DNA of 54,950 nt, filler included, from Limisphaerales bacterium (GTDB taxonomy: Bacteria; Verrucomicrobiota; Verrucomicrobiia; Limisphaerales; SIBE01): the NCBI GenBank assembly GCA_044225505.1. It is 3 parts of 3 records of this genome, joined end to end, with 100 filler letters (N's around TTAATTAATTAA, not from the genome) between each part and the next. Parts side by side here need not be neighbours in the genome. Positions count along the whole stretch, not along the records: positions 18,351 to 36,596 come from JBGAIN010000161.1; 2 more parts are not named here. One strand, written 5' to 3'. This document shows, one piece after another, positions 21,114 to 30,760 of this stretch. The position numbers and the translations under genes are program-made. The notes beneath the pieces were generated by a model that had not been told where the DNA came from, searched no databases, and worked only from the letters and a program-made list of their open reading frames with translations. Each line of letters starts with the position of its first letter. Within the stretch, counting starts at the first letter, position 1.

Positions 21114-21992
21114 TCAGAGCAATTCTCGTTTCGGCAAACCATCACCCCGCCATTTCAGCTTTTCCGCTAAAATGTCGTAGAAATTCATTTCTGGCAGGAA
21201 GGCAATCGGCACGGGCCGGTCCGATGTCTTTACTCGAATGACACTTGCTGGGTTCAGCTTTGCCAGGCTCATTCCGTCGACCTGCAGTTCGGCTGGACCC
21301 GAAGTCTCGTCGAGCTTCATTTCGATGGGTTCCCGCGAGCTCACGACCACGGATCGATTCGTCAAAGCTTGGGGACAGATCGGCGTTACGGAGAGAACGT
21401 CACACTCCGGGCTAATAATGGGGCCGCCCGCGGCCAGCGAGTACGCCGTCGAACCGGTCGGGGTGGCAATGATTAGACCATCGCACCGATAGTTCGTGAG
21501 ACGCCGTTCTCCAATTCGCGCGCTAATACCGATGAGATGCGGATTCCCTCCGCGGGTGATCAAAGTGTCATTGAGCGCCCAACCTGTAATCGGTCGCTTT
21601 CCGCCTCTGATTTCCAGATCGAGCGTTGTGCGTTCGCTCACCACATAATCGGCGTTCACAATTCGGTGCATATCCTCCTGCACGCGCTGACCCCGAATCG
21701 ATGTGATGAATCCAAGATAGCCAATGTTGATGCCGAGGATCGGCACTCCCGACCCCCGAAAGCGGTGCGCCGCTTGCAGCAACGTTCCATCTCCCCCAAC
21801 GGCCACAACTAAATCTGCTTGGCGGTCGCTCAGATCGGCCATCTTGCGATACAGATTCTTCTGCGGCGGTAGGGTGTCGATCCACTCCTGGCGAATCCTC
21901 TCCCGATCGAGCGCCGCTTTAAGCGCCTTCGCTGTCTGGCGCGCATGCAAGCGGGTGCGGTTGATAAAAATAATAACTTTACTAATCTTCAT
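21114..21992 (-). CDS. nadK: NAD(+) kinase
   Basis: GGDGTLL, GINIGYLGF, ALND, DGLIIATPTGSTAYSLAAGGP. Start at ATG 21992. Confidence 0.95.
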   Translation of the reverse strand: MKISKVIIFINRTRLHARQTAKALKAALDRERIRQEWIDTLPPQKNLYRKMADLSDRQADLVVAVGGDGTLLQAAHRFRGSGVPILGINIGYLGFITSIRGQRVQEDMHRIVNADYVVSERTTLDLEIRGGKRPITGWALNDTLITRGGNPHLIGISARIGERRLTNYRCDGLIIATPTGSTAYSLAAGGPIISPECDVLSVTPICPQALTNRSVVVSSREPIEMKLDETSGPAELQVDGMSLAKLNPASVIRVKTSDRPVPIAFLPEMNFYDILAEKLKWRGDGLPKRELL

Positions 21993-22408
21993 GCATCCCA
22001 ACCCAGTCTTTCCCCCACGGAAGGACTTGAGCAAAGGATACACACCCAACAGGAATTGGGAACCAATCGTGTTCGATTTTTGCTGGCTATCGCCTTTGCT
22101 CGTTCGCAAGCAACAGGTTGCAAAGTCAACCCGCCTTTTTGCCAGAGCAGATCGGTGTTGGGGGTGCAGCTTCTGTCCAAAACACGTGCAGATAAGCCAG
22201 CCCGTGGCATTGCTTGTTAGATTAAAACGGTTTGGCCGGCCGGGGCATCTCCGATTGCGGCGATTACGACTGAGACCGCAAAGACGAGCAGGCCGAGTGG
22301 CACCATTGGACAGAAGATCGACGGAAATCTCAGGTTTGCCTGGGACGTCAGCCACGCGCCATCGCAGGCACGCCATTGCCTCAGGCAAACCCGACAAGGC
22401 AGTTGATG

Positions 22409-23830
22409 TCATTCTTTGCGCGAAAGCCCGCGCTCCATATTCCATCCACCGCCGAGCGCCTTCGCCAGGAAAATCGTTGAGACGGCGCGCAGCCCCCGAA
22501 GCTGAGATTCCTGACGCTGCGCCTGCAAGGCCGAGCGTTGCGCATCGACGACGTCCAGATAATTTGACAACCCTTGTTCATAGCGCTCAGCCGCGAGGAC
22601 GGCGGTTTCTCGCGCCGAGTCCACGGCTCGCCGAACTGCTTCGCCTTGAGATGTGAGAGATCCCAAGTCAGACAGTGCATCTTCAACTTCGCGAAAGGCC
22701 GTGAGCACGGTCATCCGATAGCTCGCCACGGCTTGTTCATATTGAGCCTGGGCTGCACGGAGATTCTCTCGATTTCGCCCGCCTTCGAAAATCGGGAAAT
22801 GAACGCTGGGACCCGCAGAAAAGACGCGACTTGGCCAGTTCACCAAGGTCCCAAGGTCGGCGCTGGCCAACCCGGCGGCCCCGGTGAGCTTTATCGTTGG
22901 AAAGAATGCCGCCTCGGCGACGCCGATCCGAGCCGAAGCGCCTTGCACTATGAGTTCCGCAGCGGCTACATCCGGCCGACGCTGGAGGATGGACGCTGGC
23001 AGGCCTGCCGGGACCGGGGCCAAATCGTTCCAGCCGTTCGAAGGCGGCAAGGCGAAGCTAGCGGGCGGCTCGCCGCAGAGCACGGCCAACCCATGTTCGA
23101 CTTGCGCTCGGCTTCGGCGGAGGGCATGCCAGTCCGCCTCGACATTGGCGAGCTCAGTTCGGGCGCGAGTTAGATCCACTTCATTGATGAGGCCCGCTTG
23201 ACGTCGCGTGGCCTGTAATTGCATCGCATCACGCCGAAGCGCGATCGTCGATTGGACGATCGCAGCCTCGTCGTCCAGAGAGCGGATCAGGTAATAGCTG
23301 CGAGCTACGTCCGCGGTTAAGGTCAACAAAACCACTTGCAGATCGGCCTCAACAGATTTGCTTTCGGCTTTGGCGGCTTCTACCGAGCGACGAACCCGCC
23401 CCCAAACATCCAGCTCGTAGTTTAAATCGAACGAGGCCTGGAAATCGTCGCCCTCGAATCCTCGATTAGGCGCTCCATTTCGATTCTCGCTCAAGCGCTC
23501 GCGGGAATAGCCCGCCCCTGCCCCGATCATGGGATAAAGATCAGCGGCACTCTCGCGGGCGAAAGCTCGCGCTTCGGCAACTCTAGCGGCGGCGCGCCTA
23601 AGATCTTGGTTCGCCTTGACCGCACGCATTTCCAAAGCACTCAGGTCGGCATCGCGGCAGATTTCCCACCACTGTTCAGGCCAGACGAGTGTATTCGTTG
23701 CGACGTGCGTTTCCTTCCATTGTGTCGGTGTGGGGACGGATGGACGCGCGTATTCGGGTCCCAAACGACACCCTGCGGCAGTTCCCAAGAGCAGAAATCC
23801 TACCGTCCACGAGAGACGTATTCGAATCAT
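22409..23830 (-). CDS. Outer-membrane efflux lipoprotein (NodT/OprM-like)
   Basis: Lipobox AAGC, YELDVWGRVRR, ILQRRPDV, AFREVEDAL, KALGGGW. Confidence 0.93.
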   Translation of the reverse strand: MIRIRLSWTVGFLLLGTAAGCRLGPEYARPSVPTPTQWKETHVATNTLVWPEQWWEICRDADLSALEMRAVKANQDLRRAAARVAEARAFARESAADLYPMIGAGAGYSRERLSENRNGAPNRGFEGDDFQASFDLNYELDVWGRVRRSVEAAKAESKSVEADLQVVLLTLTADVARSYYLIRSLDDEAAIVQSTIALRRDAMQLQATRRQAGLINEVDLTRARTELANVEADWHALRRSRAQVEHGLAVLCGEPPASFALPPSNGWNDLAPVPAGLPASILQRRPDVAAAELIVQGASARIGVAEAAFFPTIKLTGAAGLASADLGTLVNWPSRVFSAGPSVHFPIFEGGRNRENLRAAQAQYEQAVASYRMTVLTAFREVEDALSDLGSLTSQGEAVRRAVDSARETAVLAAERYEQGLSNYLDVVDAQRSALQAQRQESQLRGLRAVSTIFLAKALGGGWNMERGLSRKE

Positions 23831-24777
23831 AAAGTCCCTTTGGTCGCGGTCGATTTCTGGCAGTGTGGCGTCGCCAAGGCTAGAGAGGTCACGTCCGCCT
23901 TGACGAATAGATCAAGTTGCTGCCCCACATAGATGTGCCGATGAACTGGTTTCTCAAACGAATAGATCACCTGCAAGACGCGCGTATCGACTCGCTCCGT
24001 GCTCGCCCCTGTCAAGGAGACTTTGGGCACGACGTAAGGTTCCACGCGAACAAAGTGAAGTTCGATCGGCGCGAGGGTATCCCCTTTTAGATAAGCTGTC
24101 GCGGACTGTCCCGGTTGAAACCGGGCAGCGTTCTGCTCGTCCACGTCGGCGCGCACCTGAAGCTGTTCGAGATTGCCAAGGACGAGGGCGGCAGTTTTCG
24201 GTGTCGCCGATGCGTATTCTCCAGGACGGACGTTCACTTGTAGGATCGTGCCGGCGCGCGGTGCCAGAATCGTCAATCGTTCAAGTCGGATCTTCGTCTG
24301 GGTGACCTGAGCGTGCGCGGCTTTCAGTTGAGCCTGGGCAACGTTGACGTCGTGTTCTTTCGTTCGGACTTCTTCGGCGCTGACCGCTCGAGCGTCTTTC
24401 ACCGCTCTTAAGCGAGCGAGTTGATCTTCAAGCCGACGGACCGTGGCGTCAGCCACCACCGTGTTTGCTTCATCGACCAGGAGCTGGGCTCGCAGCTCGC
24501 GATCGTCGAGCGCAAACAATGGCTGCCCCGCTTGGACAACATCCCAGACTTTGACGTGCACTTGGGTCACAAGGCCCGCGTCTGGAACACCAATGGAAAC
24601 GTTTTCACTCTGGGCTTCCACAATTCCAGAAGCGGCCACACTCACGGGATAGGGTTTGGCCGAGGGCTCCACAGGCGGTGGAACAACCGGTGATTGTCCG
24701 TGAAGCCGGACAACGAGGGCGGCCGTGGCGCTGACGCCGGCAACGGCCAGATAGAACGTTGGTTTCTTGAGTAACAT
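23827..24777 (-). CDS. Membrane fusion (HlyD-like) periplasmic adaptor
   Basis: N-terminal TM, ASGIVE, lipoyl halves (VQAGQPLF; LAPRAGTIL), ERVDTRVLQVIY. Start at ATG 24777. Confidence 0.92.
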   Translation of the reverse strand: MLLKKPTFYLAVAGVSATAALVVRLHGQSPVVPPPVEPSAKPYPVSVAASGIVEAQSENVSIGVPDAGLVTQVHVKVWDVVQAGQPLFALDDRELRAQLLVDEANTVVADATVRRLEDQLARLRAVKDARAVSAEEVRTKEHDVNVAQAQLKAAHAQVTQTKIRLERLTILAPRAGTILQVNVRPGEYASATPKTAALVLGNLEQLQVRADVDEQNAARFQPGQSATAYLKGDTLAPIELHFVRVEPYVVPKVSLTGASTERVDTRVLQVIYSFEKPVHRHIYVGQQLDLFVKADVTSLALATPHCQKSTATKGTL

Positions 24778-24787
24778 AGGATGCAGC

Positions 24788-25522
24788 TCAGTGTGGCGCG
24801 TGGCTACGCGCCGATGTGGTTTCGGTTCGATCAATCCGACCGTCTTCCATGAAGGTCATTCGGTCGGCATATTTGAAAACGCGGTTATCGTGAGTCACGA
24901 TGATGACGCAGCGGTCCGGACTGGCCGCCACCCCTCGCAGGATTTCCATGACTTTGGCTCCGTTTTCGCTATCCAAAGCAGCCGTCGGCTCGTCACAGAT
25001 GATCAGTCGAGGGTCATGCACCAAGGCACGCGCAATTGCGACCCGCTGTTGTTGTCCTCCGGACAGCATGTTCGGCCGATGCCGCATCCGGGAACCCAAC
25101 CCAACCTTTTCCAGAACTGCAGCCGCTTTGGCCTCAGCGTTGGCGGCGCGTTCACCTTGAATCCGTAAAGGAACGCTAACGTTCTCGACACAGTTCAATG
25201 TCGGAATGAGGTTGTACTGTTGGAAAATGAACCCTATATTCTCCGCACGGAATCGGGTGACGGCGGACTTTTCCAAGCGATGCAACGGCGTATCGAACAC
25301 TTCGACTTCGCCTCCGTCGACTCCCAGTGTTCCTGCAATCACACTCAGGAGGGTGGTTTTGCCGCAACCGGAAGGTCCGACCAACATTAGGAGTTCACCC
25401 ATGCGCGCCTCGAAATCGACTTGCTTGAGGACTTCGGTGCGTGTTTCGCCCCGGCCAAACCCTTTACAGATGCCGCTGGCTTTCACGGCAACGCGGGAAG
25501 ACGCATTTACGTTCGCAGTCAC
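24788..25522 (-). CDS. ABC exporter ATP-binding subunit (MacB/LolD/DevA-like)
   Basis: GPSGCGKTT, IGFIFQQYNL, LSGGQQQRV, CDEPTAALD, VTHD. Confidence 0.95.
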   Translation of the reverse strand: MTANVNASSRVAVKASGICKGFGRGETRTEVLKQVDFEARMGELLMLVGPSGCGKTTLLSVIAGTLGVDGGEVEVFDTPLHRLEKSAVTRFRAENIGFIFQQYNLIPTLNCVENVSVPLRIQGERAANAEAKAAAVLEKVGLGSRMRHRPNMLSGGQQQRVAIARALVHDPRLIICDEPTAALDSENGAKVMEILRGVAASPDRCVIIVTHDNRVFKYADRMTFMEDGRIDRTETTSARSHAPH

Positions 25523-25555
25523 GTTCTCTGGTTACCACGTGTCAGTGGATGCGAA

Positions 25556-25573
25556 AATAGCGCTTCGGTATTA
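25556..25573 (-). promoter_or_regulatory. Conserved 17-bp dyad, copy 1 (putative regulator site)
   Basis: TAATACCGAAGCGCTATT, 33 nt upstream of the ABC ATPase start. Confidence 0.7.
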
Positions 25574-25644
25574 GACAAATTGCCCGTGCTTTCCGAACGA
25601 TTCCTTGTAACCTTTAACCGCGCGTGTCTCAGGAAACGTGTGTT

Positions 25645-27660
25645 ATGAATGACACCGTCAAACTGAACCAATGTCCGAAATGCGGTTCCCGGATACCGGC
25701 CGATGCTCCCCAAGGGCTTTGTCCGCAATGTGTTCTCTTGGGAGTGGCGACGCATTCGCTTGCTGAATGCGCAAATGCTTCGCTGAGCGAACTCCCCGCA
25801 CTCGAGCGAGTTGCTGCGGCTTTTCCGCAACTGGAGATTCTGGAACTGGTGGGTCGAGGGGGCATGGGATTTGTCTACAAAGCCCGCCAACAACGCCTAG
25901 ACCGGTTGGTGGCATTGAAACTCTTGCCCGACAAGCTAGCCCGTGATGCCCGGTTTGCTGAACGTTTCAATCGTGAGGGTCGCGTTCTTGCACGTTTGCA
26001 CCATCCTAACATTGTCACGATCTACGACTTCGGACAGACGCCCGAATTCTTCTTTCTCCTCATGGAGTACGTAGACGGGGTTAACCTACGAGAGGCGATG
26101 CAAGCGGGACGGTTCTCACCCAGCGAAGCCTTAGCGATTGTGCCCGAGATCTGCGGAGCGCTGCAGTACGCCCACAGCCAGGGGATTCTCCATCGGGACA
26201 TCAAGCCTGCTAACATACTGCTCGACGCTCGTGGACGGGTGAAGATCGCCGATTTTGGGATTGCGAAACTGATCGGAGAAGAAAAAGCCGACGTCACATT
26301 GACAGCGACGGGCGCGTCTCTGGGCACTCCCCACTACATGGCTCCCGAGCAACTCGAGAAGCCCGGCGAGGTAGATCACCGCGCCGATATCTATTCGCTA
26401 GGGGTCGTTTTCTACGAAATGTTAACAGGCGAACTACCGATTGGACGATTCGCTCCCCCGTCTACCAAAACCCCGGTTAGCACCAACGTGGACGAGGTGG
26501 TGTTCCGCACTCTCGAAAAAGATCGAGAACGCCGGTTTCAAAGCGCTGGCGAGATGAAAACACAAATAGAGCACCTTGGCGTTGGGAACTCAACAACACC
26601 GCCAAGCGCGAGCGCAGCGCGCGTCTCCAGTCGAGCCGTACTTGCAGCGCTGCTCGTGGGTCTGAGTTTTCCCGTGCCCATGTTGGTCGCCTTTGCCGCT
26701 ATAAGCGGCAAGGGTGGGATCGGACCAGGCGAACTATGGCTCGGTTTTGGCAGCGTCGCTCTCGCTGGACTTGGTGGCACGATTCTCGGATGGCTTTCTC
26801 TTCACGAGATTCGTCAATCGGAAGAACGTCTCCGTGGACTACCTTTCGCCATCGCGGCCACCATGACCTGGCCCATGTTGCTCCTTGCTGCATTTGCCTT
26901 GGCCTTGCCAATGCTAGGGTTGAATCGTGTTGGTTCTTCGGGAATTCTTGGAGGCATCGGGCAGGTTCTTGCCTTGCTCGTTCCCGCTGGCATCCTCACC
27001 TTTGGATGCTGGGCCGTCTACACGACGGTGCGGTGGGCCAATCGTCTGCCAACCGCGCCACATCGCGGCGTTTTGAAATGGGTCTTCCTGGCTCTGCTAC
27101 TGGCGGGAGCCGGACGAATCCTCGTAAACCGACCCTGGCTGTTCGCAAACGGAAACCAGCCCAGCTTGATGCCCGCTGGTTCACAGTTTAGGGAATCGGA
27201 TGCCCCCGAGCGTCATGGCGAGATCCTCGCAGCTCGATGGCTGAAATCACCCGTCCCAGCCGTTGCCACCAATTTCATCCGATTCACCTTCACCACGGTC
27301 GATATTCTCAATGAAGGATCCACGCAATGGTTCGCGTTTGCCTATGCCGCCGATGTCAAAGGGGATTGCGAGGAGACCTTCAGGGTTGCCGGGCCCGTCG
27401 TTTTGACGCGCAAAACCGGTTTGCTTGTAACGCCGCCAGGGACATCCCCCATTCGTCATCAGCGCTTCCAGTGTCGAGTGCCCCCAGGGACAACGCCCGC
27501 GACACTGGCGAAGCTTAGAGAGGATTTTGAGAATACCTTGATTGCCAAATCGTTCGTGATCCCTGCGGGAGAAGAACGCGCTCTTTTCCGACTCCCTGTC
27601 GGTTTGACCGATGAGTTAAGTGTTGAGATTGGAGCTGCCCTTCGAAGCGAATTGCCGTGA
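25645..27660 (+). CDS. Membrane-bound Hanks-type Ser/Thr kinase
   Basis: N-terminal CPKC...CPQC; GRGGMG, VALK, HRDIKPAN, DFG, GTPHYMAPE, DIYSLG; about five TM helices and a C-terminal domain. Confidence 0.95.
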   Translation: MNDTVKLNQCPKCGSRIPADAPQGLCPQCVLLGVATHSLAECANASLSELPALERVAAAFPQLEILELVGRGGMGFVYKARQQRLDRLVALKLLPDKLARDARFAERFNREGRVLARLHHPNIVTIYDFGQTPEFFFLLMEYVDGVNLREAMQAGRFSPSEALAIVPEICGALQYAHSQGILHRDIKPANILLDARGRVKIADFGIAKLIGEEKADVTLTATGASLGTPHYMAPEQLEKPGEVDHRADIYSLGVVFYEMLTGELPIGRFAPPSTKTPVSTNVDEVVFRTLEKDRERRFQSAGEMKTQIEHLGVGNSTTPPSASAARVSSRAVLAALLVGLSFPVPMLVAFAAISGKGGIGPGELWLGFGSVALAGLGGTILGWLSLHEIRQSEERLRGLPFAIAATMTWPMLLLAAFALALPMLGLNRVGSSGILGGIGQVLALLVPAGILTFGCWAVYTTVRWANRLPTAPHRGVLKWVFLALLLAGAGRILVNRPWLFANGNQPSLMPAGSQFRESDAPERHGEILAARWLKSPVPAVATNFIRFTFTTVDILNEGSTQWFAFAYAADVKGDCEETFRVAGPVVLTRKTGLLVTPPGTSPIRHQRFQCRVPPGTTPATLAKLREDFENTLIAKSFVIPAGEERALFRLPVGLTDELSVEIGAALRSELP

Positions 27661-28388
27661 CCACAGACTCTCGTTCTCGGGAATTTTCCGCGACACATTG
27701 GACTCTCGTCTTGCGAGCCCGAGGGCAAACCCCGGAGGCTCGCGTCGCCCTGTCCGACCTTTGCGAAACCTACTATCGCCCGGTGCTGCATTTCCTCCAA
27801 CGAGAAGGGCGGACAGCAGAAGAAGCCCGGGATGTCGCTCAGGAGTTCTTCGCGCGAATTCTTAGCCAAGGGGGATTTGATCGAGCCGACCCCGAACTTG
27901 GTCGATTTCGTTCGTATGTCCTGGGGGCGCTCAAACACTTCTTGAGCGACCGGCGAAAGCATGAAGGTCGCCTCAAGCGCGGAGCAGGAACCGCGACCAG
28001 ATCGCTTGCACTTGAGGAAGGGGACGATTCCGATGGCACGCTGCAGATTCCCGACCCGTCACAACTCCCTCCCGATGCGCTCTTTGATCGAACCTGGGCT
28101 CTAACGGTGATGGCAAGAGCCTTGGATGCCCTGGAAAAGGAGCTGACGGCCAGCGGCAAAGGGGATCAGTTCGCCGCTTTGAAGCAATGGTTAGTCGGGG
28201 ATGTCCCGACGCATTCCCACGCCGACGCCGCCCGTCAACTAAGCCTGAGCGAAGGGGCCATCAAGGTCGCGATTCATCGATTGCGGAAACGCTTCCGAGA
28301 AACGGTTCGCTCTGAAATAGCACAGACTTTGCGCGAACCGTCTCTCGTCGATGAAGAGCTGCAACATTTAGTTGCTGCTCTCTCTTGA
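27657..28388 (+). CDS. ECF sigma factor (Ser/Thr-kinase-associated type)
   Basis: FSATHWTLV, YYRPV, DVAQEFF, RFRSY, FDRTWA, SEGAIKVAIHRLRKRF; GTGA overlap with the kinase stop. Confidence 0.92.
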   Translation: MTTDSRSREFSATHWTLVLRARGQTPEARVALSDLCETYYRPVLHFLQREGRTAEEARDVAQEFFARILSQGGFDRADPELGRFRSYVLGALKHFLSDRRKHEGRLKRGAGTATRSLALEEGDDSDGTLQIPDPSQLPPDALFDRTWALTVMARALDALEKELTASGKGDQFAALKQWLVGDVPTHSHADAARQLSLSEGAIKVAIHRLRKRFRETVRSEIAQTLREPSLVDEELQHLVAALS

Positions 28389-28395
28389 AGCCCAA

Positions 28396-29475
28396 CTATC
28401 CGCGAAACACCACCGCCGGTTCCAAGCTCCGAATCTTCCGAATTCCCAGCGAAGCCGCTAACCAGCAGATAAAGAGAATTGCGATCAGCGTGCCCAAGGG
28501 GAGTTGCCATGGCAGAAAAAACGGCGGCATCCCCTTCCCCACCGTGAACGTCTGAAGTAGAACCATTCGAGCCAAAACCCCATCCGAGGCGCCCATGGCT
28601 TTCAGGGCGCCCAAGTGTCGCAGGTTCTCGAGCACGAACGAGTAAAACGTCTGGCTGCTGATCGCCAGTCCGACGATGAAACCCAGCATGACCGTCGCGC
28701 CAAAGGCGACCGGAATGCCGGTATTCTTGATAAACCACCACACCGTAAGCCACATAAATTCCTCCTTGGTGTAGGCTTTCAGGCCCGTCGCCTCGCCGAT
28801 GCGGCGAGCCACTAAGGCAGGGTCTTGCCCAGGTTGCGCTCCCGCGAGAACACATGAGAGCATCTTGCGGGTGCCCGGCGCGTATTGCACCGCCTGATCG
28901 TAAGTCGTAAAGACGTAAGGATTCCCTGAAAACGCCATGCGCGCTTTGCAGATTCCCACCACACGCGCTTCATGGTCGTTAATCTCGAAGACATCCCCGA
29001 GCCGAACAGGCTTTAATGGATCTCTGCTCAGTTTACTCATGCCGTACTCGTCAATGATCACGGTATTCGGCAAACGCAAGTCATCGAGGCGGCCTTGGGT
29101 GATCTGCTTGGGCGCTCCGGCGAAGGTGGTGGCATCCACTCCGATGAGTTGAACAAATTTAAAGGATCCATCTCTCATCCGCACACGAACCATCCCTTGA
29201 TAAAACGGCGCGGCCCAAGCCACTCCCTCCACCGACCGGACTCGATTCAGATCCGTATCGCGCAGCGCCTCGGTGTCGTTGACCTGCTCGACCATCGGAT
29301 CAACCACCCAAATCGGAGCGGCCACATTGTCGAGCGTCGACCCGGACCATTGCATGATTCCGCAAAAGATCGCGGCCTGTTCAGTCATCAAAAGTGCGGC
29401 GAACGTGAGGCCACTAATCAGCATAACATACTTGGCGCGGTCTCCGAGGAGCATTTTCAAAGCTAGATCGAGCAT
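28396..29475 (-). CDS. ABC exporter permease (FtsX/MacB/DevC-like), possibly with an internal deletion
   Basis: ALKMLLGDRAKY, periplasmic domain, ENLRHLGALKAMGAS, LEPAVVFRG. Confidence 0.9.
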   Translation of the reverse strand: MLDLALKMLLGDRAKYVMLISGLTFAALLMTEQAAIFCGIMQWSGSTLDNVAAPIWVVDPMVEQVNDTEALRDTDLNRVRSVEGVAWAAPFYQGMVRVRMRDGSFKFVQLIGVDATTFAGAPKQITQGRLDDLRLPNTVIIDEYGMSKLSRDPLKPVRLGDVFEINDHEARVVGICKARMAFSGNPYVFTTYDQAVQYAPGTRKMLSCVLAGAQPGQDPALVARRIGEATGLKAYTKEEFMWLTVWWFIKNTGIPVAFGATVMLGFIVGLAISSQTFYSFVLENLRHLGALKAMGASDGVLARMVLLQTFTVGKGMPPFFLPWQLPLGTLIAILFICWLAASLGIRKIRSLEPAVVFRG

Positions 29476-29571
29476 AAATTTTGCCTATGGTTGAATTGAA
29501 GTATGGTCAAGCGCTGGTTGAGTTCTCATTTAAGACGGCTCCACTCTTAACCCACGGAGAGATCACTCACC

Positions 29572-29589
29572 AATAGTGCTTCCGTATTA
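29572..29589 (-). promoter_or_regulatory. Conserved 17-bp dyad, copy 2
   Basis: TAATACGGAAGCACTATT, about 96 nt upstream of the permease start. Confidence 0.7.
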
Positions 29590-29699
29590 TGGAGGGCCAA
29601 GCCGTGTTTTATTGCGGAAGATGCAGAGAGTGGAAGGAGCGGAACACGCTGGGATGACCAGCACTCTAGACAATTTTCTTAGACCGGCCGGGCGAGCCA

Positions 29700-30488
29700 T
29701 CAAACGGGACCAACGCGTCCGCCCAAAGCTTCTTTGATCACGGGAGACCTGGCGTCAATAGCTCGGACCAGCAACGATTCCGTCCAAAACGCATAGGGAA
29801 CACCCGCGGGAATCGTCATGACCTCGCCCGAGCGGACCTGATAGGTCAGTCCGTGGACTTCAAAATACAGCTCGCCCGCTAACACCAACGTAACACGTTC
29901 GCTTTCCTGAGCACTAACCTCGAACCGACAGTGCGAGTCTATTTCGGAATAGGCGAGCATCGTTCGTTCTAGCGGAACTGCCCACATCCGCACCCCGGAA
30001 GTATCCGCGCGGAGCTGAAGCAGGTCCGCGGGAACGTGCAAGCTCTGGTCACGGATATCCCGCGCCATGCATGCCGCCGTCTGGCAACAGTCTGAATGAA
30101 AGAGGGCGCTGGCTCGAATGGATGCCGGCACCAGGCTTCGCTCCACGCGCTCAAACCCAAGCTTGGCGAAGAACCCCTCCGCCTCTGTCGTCAAAAGGAA
30201 GATGTGCGCTGCACCCAGTAACCGGGCTGACGTCAGGATTCGCGTCAGCAAGGCCCGCCCCACGCCCGCACCGCGGTAGACGGGAGCCACGGCCAAAGAA
30301 CGCAAAAGCGCCGACGCGCCGAAGCCTTGAACCGCAACCACCCCAATTGGATGCGAGTCCATTCGGGCAAGAATGAACTGAGGCAGCAAGGTCTCGACGT
30401 CATCCGTTGGCAATCCACATTCCCCGAGCAACTGCCGCACCGCTGGCAGATCGCTCAGCTCCGCGCGTTCGTAGGTAATCAGTTCCAT
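29700..30488 (-). CDS. GNAT N-acetyltransferase (ArsN2-like) fused to a cupin domain
   Basis: ALLRSLAVAPVYRGAGVG, FLLTTEAEGFFAKLGF, DCCQTAACM; C-terminal VLAGEL...GEVMTIPAGVP. Confidence 0.8.
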   Translation of the reverse strand: MELITYERAELSDLPAVRQLLGECGLPTDDVETLLPQFILARMDSHPIGVVAVQGFGASALLRSLAVAPVYRGAGVGRALLTRILTSARLLGAAHIFLLTTEAEGFFAKLGFERVERSLVPASIRASALFHSDCCQTAACMARDIRDQSLHVPADLLQLRADTSGVRMWAVPLERTMLAYSEIDSHCRFEVSAQESERVTLVLAGELYFEVHGLTYQVRSGEVMTIPAGVPYAFWTESLLVRAIDARSPVIKEALGGRVGPV

Positions 30489-30760
30489 AACTGCTTCGAC
30501 TAACATTGTCCGCTAGTGCTACGCCCGTGAAAGCAGAAGCGCAAGCGAGTCCAATATGCGGAATCGCCCCACTCATAGGGAATATCGCGACCGCTGTGGC
30601 GAATTCTCCGTCCCGTGTAACCATTCATTGATCAGCATACTTCTCAAGCCAAGCGAGCTGCCAACAACCCTGGTGTCACAATGGGTGAACGTTCGAAAGC
30701 GGGCGCCTTCAGGCGTTCGCGCTTGCTCCTTCGGGTGTTGTCGCCTCGCGCCGCTCTCCC

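Noticed and set aside
22110..22129. GCAACAGGTTGC dyad beside TTGACT upstream of nadK
   Set aside because: No -10 box at the proper spacing and only one occurrence; too weak to call.
21993..22445. Long N-terminal extensions in the ORF track (nadK, histidine kinase, Gfo/Idh/MocA, 19601-19888)
   Set aside because: The extensions are not protein-like; family-typical starts or signal peptides lie downstream.
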